NCBI GenBank assembly: GCA_048938385.1
Contig: JBHLMG010000036.1
Coordinates: 1-12,253, forward strand
Direction of reading: 5' to 3'
From: Promethearchaeota archaeon
Lineage (GTDB): Archaea > Asgardarchaeota > Hermodarchaeia > Hermodarchaeales > Hermodarchaeaceae
DNA length: 12,253 nt
Shown piece by piece: positions 1-10,100 of this stretch (within the stretch, counting starts at the first letter, position 1; the number at the start of each line of letters is the position of its first letter). Under the pieces are notes generated by a model, which ran no database searches, was not told the origin of the DNA, and saw only the letters and a program-made list of their open reading frames with translations. The position numbers and the translations under genes were made by a program.

Positions 1-687
<687 letters not shown>

Positions 688-756
688 TGTGCTGGATTCG
701 AAAGGAGCCAAAGCATTGGTTCTGGCGCGAGATTGTACCTGGGTATGCGACCACCA

Positions 757-770
757 TTTCTTTCTTTTAT
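757..770 (+). terminator. U-rich archaeal terminator of the rRNA transcript (putative)
   Basis: TTTCTTTCTTTTAT lies ~70 nt downstream of the 23S 3' end, with a second T7 run at 805-811 before the convergent CLC gene. Confidence 0.5.
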
Positions 771-818
771 AGTGAAGATGTTGAGTTATCGGTAGATTAT
801 TCGGTTTTTTGATCCTTG

Positions 819-2567
819 TTAGGCATCAGGTGGCTCGTCCTCGGTTTTAGCGGGGTACAGCCCTGGTTGGTCGGGACCGAGGCTTTGGCGTTGGATCCAT
901 TCGATGTTGTGCGCGCGCAGAATGTCGCCATGGGAGATGATGCCAAGGAACCGCTCTGGATCGTTTCGGTCGACGACGCAGACGAGGCTTTCGCCGGATT
1001 TCAGCATGATGTCGAGTGCGGTGTGGACGGATTGGTCTGGGAAGACGGTAGGAGCGGATTGTAGGATTCGGGTTACGGTGCGTTCTTCAAGGGGGAGTTC
1101 TGAACGAATTGTTTCATAGGCGCGCCGGAAAGTAACGAGGCCGACTAAGCGGTCGCCTTCAACGACAGGTAAGGTGCTGTGTCGGGTTCGGTCGGCGAGT
1201 TCGATGACTTGGAACGCGTACATGTGGGGTCGTGCTGTGACGATGTCACGGGTACGCATGATTTGGTCAACGGTCAGGGTATCGATGATGTCAGCGATCA
1301 ATTGGTGTTTGAGGCGAATACCCTTGGCCGCTAGTTTTTCAGTATAGATTGAGTTTTGTGAGAGTAACAGATTGATGAAATAGCTGGTTGCGCAGGCCAC
1401 CATTAAGGGGACTAACAGGCGATAGTCGGCGGTCATTTCCGCGATCATTACGATACAGGTTAAAGGTGCACGCGCGGCACCAGCAAATAACGCTCCCATT
1501 CCGACAACAGCAAAGGCCATCGGCACCGTTACCATCCCTGGGTTTAGGAGGTAAAAGAGGCTTCCCAGGGCAGCGCCCCCCATTGCTCCCATGTAGAGTG
1601 TCGGAGCAAAAATGCCTCCCGATCCTCCTGAGCCAATGGTGGTCGAAGTGCTAAACAGTTTCATCACCATCAATATGAGCAAGGGACCTAACGCTAGAAA
1701 TCCTAGCATGGCATATTCTATCCATTCATAGCCGGTTCTCGCCACCTGTGGAAACCAGATGATGAGCAGTCCTAAAATTAGCCCGCCGAGGGCGGGTTTA
1801 AGCATACGAGGAATTGGGAGACGGTAAACAGCTTTCTCTGTGGAATAGAGAACTTTGACCCAAATCACTGCAAATAATCCAAGCACCAGCCCCAGCACAA
1901 AGAAAAGTCCCAATTCCCAACTGTAAGGAACGACATACTGGGGAACTGTAAACCAGGGGTCAGGTCCAAAAAACCATGAAGCTACAGCTGTTCCAATCAC
2001 CGTCGACATCAACACAGGAATCACAGCAATCGCTTCGATTCCAATTAACACGACTTCTAATCCGAATAGGGCGCCTCCAATTGGAGCGTTAAAAATCGCC
2101 GCTACTCCGGCAGAAATTCCGCATACTGTTAAGACCCGTAATTCAGGTTCAGTCAACTTCAACAGTTGACCAATGTTTGATCCTACTCCTGCTCCAATTT
2201 GTCCAATTGGACCTTCTGCACCGGCACTGCCTCCTGAACCAATAGTAATCGAGGACGCGATTGCTTTGATTAGGGGCACCCGTGGACGAATTTTGCCCTC
2301 ATTTAATGCTAACGCCGACATGATTTCGGGAACACCATGTCCTTCCGCTTCTGGAGCAAATTTCGAGGTGAGAAATCCTACAATCAAGCCACCACACACC
2401 GGCATGAGGACCAGTCCGATGGGAACCCAAACTCCATTCACATAGAATCCAATGCTGGCTAAAAAATCAAATAAAAAGACCATGATTTCAATCAGGTATC
2501 TAAACATCACTGCGCCTAAACCCGCAATAAGGCCAATCACCGCCGCAAGGATGTTTAAGGTAATCAA
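819..2567 (-). CDS. clcA: CLC-family chloride channel/Cl-:H+ antiporter with C-terminal CBS pair; true start may be further upstream (~2744)
   Basis: CLC motifs are present: GHGVPE, GSAGAEGP (gating Glu), FNAPIGGALFGLE (proton Glu), GGSGGIFAP, RAPLT and SIYT (central Tyr). Two CBS repeats follow (LTVDQIM...LPVVEGDRLVGLVT; VCVVD...FLGIISHGDIL). Confidence 0.95.
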   Translation of the reverse strand: MITLNILAAVIGLIAGLGAVMFRYLIEIMVFLFDFLASIGFYVNGVWVPIGLVLMPVCGGLIVGFLTSKFAPEAEGHGVPEIMSALALNEGKIRPRVPLIKAIASSITIGSGGSAGAEGPIGQIGAGVGSNIGQLLKLTEPELRVLTVCGISAGVAAIFNAPIGGALFGLEVVLIGIEAIAVIPVLMSTVIGTAVASWFFGPDPWFTVPQYVVPYSWELGLFFVLGLVLGLFAVIWVKVLYSTEKAVYRLPIPRMLKPALGGLILGLLIIWFPQVARTGYEWIEYAMLGFLALGPLLILMVMKLFSTSTTIGSGGSGGIFAPTLYMGAMGGAALGSLFYLLNPGMVTVPMAFAVVGMGALFAGAARAPLTCIVMIAEMTADYRLLVPLMVACATSYFINLLLSQNSIYTEKLAAKGIRLKHQLIADIIDTLTVDQIMRTRDIVTARPHMYAFQVIELADRTRHSTLPVVEGDRLVGLVTFRRAYETIRSELPLEERTVTRILQSAPTVFPDQSVHTALDIMLKSGESLVCVVDRNDPERFLGIISHGDILRAHNIEWIQRQSLGPDQPGLYPAKTEDEPPDA

Positions 2568-2799
2568 CCGTTTTGTACTGACATCTAGTTTTCGTGGTTT
2601 TAACAGGCGTTTTAGTTGTGTTTTGATCCTCGCATATTTGGAATTGCTTTTGTCAACTTGGTCGTTTTCAAGTTGGTCATCGCTGGTATCTTGACTGTCA
2701 CTTTGCCGGCGGTCGTCCTTTGACTGTGTAACCGAATGGGGCGTGTCAACACCTTCAGGGCTCGAATAAAAATGCCAAAATCTTTCTTGCCTATAAAAT

Positions 2800-3705
2800 C
2801 TATTCCTCTGGTGTTGGATTGTCGTTTGAAATTGGTGTAAGGCTAATGCTCAAATCTAGGGCTTGGACTGAGTGGGTCAGCCATCCTACTGAGATGACAT
2901 CGACACCGGTGCGTGCGTATTGTTCGATGTTTTCTGGGGTAATGTTACCTGATGCTTCTAAGGTCACTGAAGGATGAGATTGATGGATTGCCTTTACAAT
3001 GGCAGAGATTTCCTTTGTGTCCATGTTGTCAAGAAGTATGATATCTGCACCTGCCTTTGCCGACATTTGTGCTGCTTGGGTGGTGGTGACTTCTATTTCG
3101 ATGGGGCAGGTGAAGCTCGCGTTTTTTCGGGCCTGTTGAAGGGCTTGGCTCGGATCAGGAAAGAAGGCGAGGTGGTTATCTTTGATGAGAATCGCATCAT
3201 CTAATCGCCAACGATGGGGATCCCCTCCGCCTATCGTGACTGCAAGTTTATCAAAAAATCGTAAAAGAGGGGCAGTTTTGCGAGTAGCGGCAATGCGAAC
3301 CTTCGAGTTGATTTTTCGTGCCTTTTGAAGCAGATTCGCTGTAGCTGTAGCGATTCCACTCATCCGCTGAACGAGATTGAGGAGAGTTCGCTCAATGGAC
3401 AGGAGAAGTGCCGCACGACCACGCGCCTCAAGCAGCGTTGTATTTGCCTTCACCTTCATGCCATCTTGAGCCTTCGTCGTAACCACATAACCCAAATCTT
3501 CAAGAATGGTAGTCGCAATTCCGAGCCCGGCGACAACACCAGGTTTGCGAGTGAACAGCTGTGCTAGCGCATTTTGATCTTCTGCGATTAAAGCAGTCGT
3601 CGTGACATCTCCGAATCCAATATCCTCATCAAGCATAGCATAGAATTTCTGGAGGATGAGTTGTCGTGGTAGACTAGGAGGAGAGGAGGGGCGATTATGA
3701 GTCAT
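2800..3705 (-). CDS. nadC: Nicotinate-nucleotide pyrophosphorylase (carboxylating) / quinolinate phosphoribosyltransferase
   Basis: Motifs EDIGFGDVTT, ERTLLN..QRMSGIATAT, ATRKTAP, HRWRLDDAILIKDNH, IEIEV, ILLDNM, LEASGNI and GVDVISVG are present. Start placed at ATG 3705 because the upstream GTG (3717) lies within an SD-like GAGGTGA. Confidence 0.97.
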   Translation of the reverse strand: MTHNRPSSPPSLPRQLILQKFYAMLDEDIGFGDVTTTALIAEDQNALAQLFTRKPGVVAGLGIATTILEDLGYVVTTKAQDGMKVKANTTLLEARGRAALLLSIERTLLNLVQRMSGIATATANLLQKARKINSKVRIAATRKTAPLLRFFDKLAVTIGGGDPHRWRLDDAILIKDNHLAFFPDPSQALQQARKNASFTCPIEIEVTTTQAAQMSAKAGADIILLDNMDTKEISAIVKAIHQSHPSVTLEASGNITPENIEQYARTGVDVISVGWLTHSVQALDLSISLTPISNDNPTPEE

Positions 3706-3776
3706 GTCTTTGGTCACCTCGAACTAATTGCTTCATTCTGGTCGAACTTCTAAAACCCTTCTATCCAAATAGCTTC

Positions 3777-4709
3777 TTAGTCAGCGGTACTAGTGAGGTC
3801 AAGCATTCGTTGAATGGCTCGTCGTGCTCGGGTCACGATCGGTTTGGGGACCGTCACTAGATATTGATTCTTAACTAGGCTGTCTCGGACCTTTGTTAAT
3901 GTGATTTTTTTCATTGCTTTGCACATAGCATAATCTAAAGCGGGAATGAAACTTTTGTCAGGCAGTTCTCTGCGAAGGCGGGTCACCAAATCCACTTCGG
4001 TGGCAATAATAAACATCTTTGCTGTGCTGTCACGGGCGTATTGGAGCATCTGTCCTGTTGACCCAATAAAATCGGCTCGTGATTGTATATCCCAGCTGCA
4101 CTCAGGATGCACAAGCAGTTTCGCTTCGGGGTAGTCTTGTTTTAATTGCAAAAAATGAGGATCGAAGCCAAAGGTGACATGGACATGGCAGAAACCATGG
4201 TCGGGAACCGAAATAATCTCATATCCACAGATATGCCGGGCATATTCTGCCATGTTATCGTCGGGTCCAAAAATCACTGGGTTAGTATCAAGCTTTTCTA
4301 ATATTGTACAGAGATTGGAGGAAGTACAGATTACATCGGCTTGGGCTTTTGCTTCCGCCGTAGTGTTGATGTATAAAACAACGGGGACTTTCGGGTGTTT
4401 CTGCTTGACCTCTCGGATTAGTTTCGCAGGTAGTTGTGCCGCCATTGGACAGTACGCCGTATTATCCGGAATAAGGACGGGTTTGTTAGGATTAAGAATG
4501 GCCGCAGTTTCGGCCATAAAACGGACGCCACAAAAGATGATGCGTTCGGCATCGATTTGTTGCGCTTGTCGGCACAAGCCAAAACTGTCTCCAATAAAGT
4601 CGGCAATCTCTTGAATTTCAGCTGGTTGGTAGTTATGAGCGAGAATAATGGCCTTTCGTTTCTTTGCCATTCGTCGAATTTCCTGTTGAAGGGGGTTCAG
4701 GCCATCCAC
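3777..4709 (-). CDS. nadA: Quinolinate synthase A (4Fe-4S)
   Basis: Motifs LAHNYQ, FCGVRFMAETA, YINT, CTSSN, HPEC and GST are present, with the three cluster cysteines (CPMA, CHVH, CKAMK). The gene is adjacent to nadC. Confidence 0.97.
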   Translation of the reverse strand: MDGLNPLQQEIRRMAKKRKAIILAHNYQPAEIQEIADFIGDSFGLCRQAQQIDAERIIFCGVRFMAETAAILNPNKPVLIPDNTAYCPMAAQLPAKLIREVKQKHPKVPVVLYINTTAEAKAQADVICTSSNLCTILEKLDTNPVIFGPDDNMAEYARHICGYEIISVPDHGFCHVHVTFGFDPHFLQLKQDYPEAKLLVHPECSWDIQSRADFIGSTGQMLQYARDSTAKMFIIATEVDLVTRLRRELPDKSFIPALDYAMCKAMKKITLTKVRDSLVKNQYLVTVPKPIVTRARRAIQRMLDLTSTAD

Positions 4710-4966
4710 GGAGTGTTGTCCACCTGATAATTTAAAGTTAGAAACCGAAGCTAGGCTTCTCGCTGTAACTCCTTCCTATAAGCCTTTGGCTCTTCAACGA
4801 AAAACCGAGAATTGAAAGCGATTGTCAGGCTTCTTCATTAAGGTGAAGTAACACTAAGCGAACTTTAACAGACTGATCCCGCGTTTTGCCATAATCTGGG
4901 GGGCTTTTGCAGGTTTAGTAAACGCTTTAGTCAGAATAGTAATAGGCGCTTGGGGTGATCTCAGCG

Positions 4967-6673
4967 ATGGAAACAAAGACCGCATGTCTACTCATTCTGC
5001 TGCTTTTAGCTGGATCCCAATTTAGCATCTACCCAAGTACGCTCCTGACTCCTAATACTTGGTCTATGGCCGCTGAGTTCGACGCGGTTATCCATCAAGG
5101 ACCGTTAGGCTCTGAGGATGTACGGTTTGGTCGAAATGTCAACGTCATTGACGGGTCATCACCCTATTCTCACCAGGTGGAACCCACGATGACAATTTTA
5201 AGTTCAGGGAGAATCTTGGTTGGGTGGAAAGAAGCTCCTGAGCCCGCAGGTCCGGGATATCGTGTCGGCTTTGCGTATTCTACTGACACTGGACAATCTT
5301 TCTCCTCCAATATCCTTGTGGCTCCTACTGAACCTGGGCGACACCAATCTGATCCCTGGCTGGTCTCGGATCATCAAGATCATGTCTACTTCGTCTTTTT
5401 AGATTTCTTCTCTGATACTGATAGTGGCATTGGCGTGGCGAAGACCCTCGATGGGGGTGACACTTGGTTGCCCACAGTTGATGCGAGCGATACGGTGGGG
5501 TTTGATGATAAAGAAACAGCGTGTGTCGACCCTGCGGGTAACCTCTACATCGTTTGGGACGAATACGATACGGTGAATCACCTTCGGTTCACGAAATCCA
5601 CCGATGGCGGTCAAACCTTTATTCCTACCACCTCGCCTTTCCAGCCCTACATTCCCTATATCGCCTCTGCACACAATGGAACCTTATATGTGGCCACGGG
5701 GGGGTGGTATTCTCTTTCTGGTCCTCCGGGCGATCGGATTTGGATTGCGCGATCTGATGACGGAGGAACCACTTGGACCCCCCAAATTGTGGTGACTCCG
5801 CTCATCTACGATGAAACAGCCATAATCCATGTGGTTGACACCGATACGCTGGGGAATGTCTATGTGGCGTATGCCGCAGGAACGGCAACGAACAAAGACA
5901 TCTATGTCACAAAATCCACCGATGGCGGGTTCTTTTGGGACACACCAGTTCGTGTGAATACAGTGACCGCTGGAATGCAGCGAATGGTCGAAATGACCAT
6001 TGACGACGAGAACACAATCCATGTCGCGTGGTTAGACGCTCAACACGATGAATGGAACATCTACTACAGTTATTCGAACGATTCTGCCGCGACTTTTGCT
6101 CCCAATGTACGAGTTACTACTGAGGGTACTCCGCTTTCGTATTGGCGCCCTGGTGACTACTTCACGATGCGAATCGGTCCCCAAGGACGGGTTCACATTG
6201 TCTGGACGGATGGTCGAGGAGAAGATCAAGACATCTACTATGCAAAACAAGATCTCGCGCCTCCCACTGCTGTTCATACCCCTGTCATGACCTGGTACCA
6301 CAATACCCCGTTAACCCTTACGATATCGGTGTCCGATGATGACTACGCCGAAGGCGTCGATGTACTTTACAGGGACTCGACCGGTTCGACTTGGACCTCA
6401 CGAATTATGGAGAAAATTGATGCCACCACATTTCTCTACACCATTCCCGCAATCGAAATCGTCAATCCTTTCCTAGAATACTATTTCATCGCTAAAGACG
6501 GCGCCGGACGGGAAACTCGTCTTCCCGGCTCAGATACAGACACTTTTCCGGTCAACATTCTACCAATCAACCCCACCCTTATTGGCATAATCATTGGTGC
6601 TTCTCTCATCATAACCGTTGTAATCATCGTTGCATACTGGTATCTTCGGCGACCTCCACACCCTTCACAGTAA
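4967..6673 (+). CDS. Secreted, C-terminally membrane-anchored BNR/Asp-box (sialidase-fold-like) beta-propeller protein with Ig-like stalk
   Basis: N-terminal hydrophobic signal (TACLLILLLLAG). Six Asp-boxes: STDTGQSF, TLDGGDTW, STDGGQTF, SDDGGTTW, STDGGFFW, SNDSAATF. Ig-like segment (DLAPP...YYFIAKDGAG) and C-terminal TM helix followed by RR. ATG 4967 is preceded by SD GGGGTGA. Confidence 0.85.
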   Translation: METKTACLLILLLLAGSQFSIYPSTLLTPNTWSMAAEFDAVIHQGPLGSEDVRFGRNVNVIDGSSPYSHQVEPTMTILSSGRILVGWKEAPEPAGPGYRVGFAYSTDTGQSFSSNILVAPTEPGRHQSDPWLVSDHQDHVYFVFLDFFSDTDSGIGVAKTLDGGDTWLPTVDASDTVGFDDKETACVDPAGNLYIVWDEYDTVNHLRFTKSTDGGQTFIPTTSPFQPYIPYIASAHNGTLYVATGGWYSLSGPPGDRIWIARSDDGGTTWTPQIVVTPLIYDETAIIHVVDTDTLGNVYVAYAAGTATNKDIYVTKSTDGGFFWDTPVRVNTVTAGMQRMVEMTIDDENTIHVAWLDAQHDEWNIYYSYSNDSAATFAPNVRVTTEGTPLSYWRPGDYFTMRIGPQGRVHIVWTDGRGEDQDIYYAKQDLAPPTAVHTPVMTWYHNTPLTLTISVSDDDYAEGVDVLYRDSTGSTWTSRIMEKIDATTFLYTIPAIEIVNPFLEYYFIAKDGAGRETRLPGSDTDTFPVNILPINPTLIGIIIGASLIITVVIIVAYWYLRRPPHPSQ

Positions 6674-6706
6674 TTACAACACCAGTGTCTAAGAAGAATC
6701 GTTGAG

Positions 6707-7084
6707 ATGATCCGATACAGGTTCAGGCTGTAGGTTTACTAGCATTCCATCTTCTCCAACACCTTCGCTACAATACTTGACTCGTAAAACCTCACAACCC
6801 TAGCTATTCAGATCATCGGGTTGGATGAAGGCATCTACTACTTCCGCGTCCATGCCATTGACAACGAAGGAACCACCAGTCTCTGGAGTAACATAGAATC
6901 CATCGAAATACAAATTCTCGTCACAACACTAACACTGCCACTCGTTCCTGGATTTTCCGTGGAAGCCCTCGTTGTTAGCGTTGCACTATGCCTTGGCATC
7001 AGCCTCTTCAAGCGATCCCGACGAAAATGTAACCCAACTCCCACCGCCAGAAAAGAACCCTTTGATGGGCCCTTTGAGTATTAG
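6707..7084 (+). pseudogene. Decayed C-terminal fragment of a surface protein: FN3/Ig-like domain + PGF-CTERM-like anchor
   Basis: 6821-7084 reads GIYYFRVHAIDNEG...WSNIESI (FN3-like strands), then VPGF + hydrophobic helix + KRSRRK. The same frame upstream continues YRFRL*VY*HSIFSNTFATILDS*NLTT, with three in-frame stops (6731, 6740, 6785). There is no signal peptide. Confidence 0.7.
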
Positions 7085-7196
7085 GGGAGTGAAGGTGAGG
7101 TAGGAGGAGGTTCCGGTGTATCATTAGTGTAATATTGTTTACATAATGCAATCATCTTCTCTCTCGGGCTTAATCACCTTCTCTCGTTTGTTTACC

Positions 7197-10100
7197 TCAC
7201 CGATTCGTGTTGGTAGGTGTGGTTGTAGTCGTGGAATCGGAATTCTGGGCTGATTTCCGCTTCCGCCGATGTTCTACCAACGCATAGATGACCAAAATGA
7301 TTACAAAAAGCACTATTACTGCGATAATGATGATCAGAATCCAATTAGGTTCTGGGGCCAGTCCTTTTGTCAGTAGGATTTCAATACCGTCTATGAGTTC
7401 ACTGTCAGACCATGCCGTGATGACCCATCGGTACTCTTCTTCAAATCCAAAGGAAGCACCTATGGAAGCCGTGATGACAGCCGTGTCCGAAGTGGATGGG
7501 TAGGGTCCAGCTACACGTACACTCACATGGGGGTTGGAAGTCTCATCTTGGTGCGGATTGCTTTCTATACCAGCTTGAAAGCTTGCAAAATAGTTCGCTA
7601 TCTCAAAGACTTCTTCATACGCGTCAGAGGAGGGGGCGGTAATCGTGTGAAAGTTTTCGACTCCCACATTATTGGTCTCATCGATATCATCAATATGATT
7701 CACCACGACCATGACGCTGATGTAAGGAGTATGGGGAGAAAAAGGAACAGAAGTTGCAAAACCGCTATCTTCGACAAGAATGGAATCGTCAAAAAGAGCA
7801 GTGTCTATCGGCCACCAATCGTTCTCGTTTTGTCCCATACCCAATGGACTCCACGCAAATTCAACCGAAACTCCATAAGCAGATTCAGGACCACGATTGT
7901 GATACTCCGCATAAATCATGTAACTGCGTCCAAAGAAATCAGATTCATGTCGAATGATCCAAATATCTGGATTATTCCACTGAGGTTGTTCTCCTCCGAT
8001 CTGATGGTAATCCATGAGTGCAGCTTGTTGACTATACAAATAGACATCAACCCCTGCAAATGCTTCCCTATTAAAGAGGGTAACTGCTGCTGGGCCGTCT
8101 GGTTCTCGGACAACAATGTTTAGCGGCTTTTGTACCTCTTCAATAACCGCTGCATCAGGTACCGGGATGTTATGCTCTCTAATAACACCATTCTCTGGTT
8201 CCGCCTCATCGGGTTCAGTGAACGGTTGAAACTCAGGATCATAGACCGAGTCGCCAAATTTCAGATAAAGCAACTTATTAGGGTTAAATCCCGATCCGTG
8301 TAAATTAACCCATTCATCTGGCTTCCCTGAAGAGGGATCAACCCAAATCACGGCGCCCTCGGGTGTTACTTTAATGTCACCTTGATAAGGGGTGTAGTTC
8401 TGTTTTGAAACGGTAATGCGCATCGATCCCCAAGTCGGGGGAGTGATATCGAAAAACGCGTATCCGCTCCTGAGAGTATATCCTCTTACCAAGAAATTGT
8501 TGCCCAGAGTCAGACATACTTTTGCGTCAGCCACGGGTTCTCCCTCCTCATCAGTGACGGTTACCACAAACGATTGTAACCCTTCTGAGCCCATATACTT
8601 AGGATGTTGCACATCGAGAGTTCCTAGTGCTTGGGTGGAGATAGTCATCTCTGGGTCGCCGAAGAGTTGAAGCATTTGAAAGGTCTGATTGGTTTGATAC
8701 GCTGAGGGTGAATTCCAATCCGGATATGGATCGTGGTATCCATAATCATCAATTTGGATGAGGTACATTTTCCCATAAATGAGGAGTTGACCTAAACTGG
8801 GAATATGGCCCTCTGCCAGGGTGGGATCGAGTCCTGGGTAAAGGCCATCGAAGATTCCTAAGGTCATCTGGCCCATGTAGTTAAAGGTCGCATGGCGCGA
8901 AGATCCAATCGCTGCTACCGCTCCGCTCCCCGCCATCCGGGTGATGTTCTCGCAAAAACAATCATAATCATGATCTGACAGAATGATGTCATACTGTGTA
9001 CTCGTCGAATCACGATCCGTTTCTCCGTCATACCAACCCGTATCGCATGCAAGGCTCAAGAGCACTGGGTACTTGTTATCACTATATTGCTTTATTTTTG
9101 CGGCATCCTGAGTCCAATACTGTGGATGCTGCCAACCTTCAAATTCGCCTTGCAAAAACCTCACTTTATCTCGACCACGAAAGTTTAGCGACGAACCGTG
9201 TCCAAGATAAAAGGCAAGAAAGTGACCAGTTTCGAAGGCGTCTGTGGGCCAATAATAATGAGTAGAAGGTATTTCGTTGAAATAGAGTTCATTAAGATTA
9301 TTGACGAGGTTTTTGCCCTCACTGTCTAGTCTATACAAGTCGTAGAATTTAGCTGTCCGGTAAAATTGCTCGTCCTGTGGAGGTTGGGTCTCATAGGCAA
9401 CTATCTTGTTAACCATTGCTGTGACATCGTCAGATGTGTTAGCTGAAAGGCGTCCATAATAAATGTCCGGTAAAAAATCAGGACCATCCACGGTGAAATA
9501 GAACAGATCCGTTCCAATCAATGTGTTGCGATGATCTATGAAAGTGTGCTCGCTTTCATAATGCGGAGGAATGTGGTTAGCGTCACCAACTAACAGGACA
9601 TACTCAAGTGCCTTGTCACCCGCCCAAAACATGCCTTTGATATATTCGGTGATCGCGGTCCGATTCACATCTTCATCGTCGTAAGGTCCCGTCAATCCCT
9701 TCCACTCAAGAATATCCTGGACAGTCACTACATCTGTTCTAAACCCCTTATGTTGCTTCCAAACTCTCAGGGGTTCGACTTCTTCTCTAAACTCCTCAAT
9801 CGTGATGATGAGATATTCCGCATCATAACCAATTTGAGGAGTAGAGGGACCTTTTGCTAAGATGCTCGTTCCCGCTAAACTCGGGGCGCGATAGTTGAGA
9901 ATCAAGCGACGAAACAGATCTGAGTAGGCTCTTGTTTCAAACTTGGGATCAACCGTGGGCATCGTCGCTCGTGAATCGAATTTGATTCGAATGACCATCC
10001 TTGAAAAGGCTTGTAAGCGCCCCGTGGCATTATTATACTGGACGGGAATGAAATTCACAGGTAATAAGCGGTGTCGACGGAAAATGATTGGGTTGTTAGC

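Noticed and set aside
730-818. 5S rRNA or tRNA after 23S
   Set aside because: No 5S or cloverleaf motifs, and insufficient space before the U-tract and the CLC stop.
7081-7155. 24-aa minus-strand ORF MIALCKQYYTNDTPEPPPTSPSLP downstream of the C25 gene
   Set aside because: It is very short, the SD-like GAAGGTGA is ~19 nt away, and there is no homology evidence. The purine-rich tract may be low complexity.
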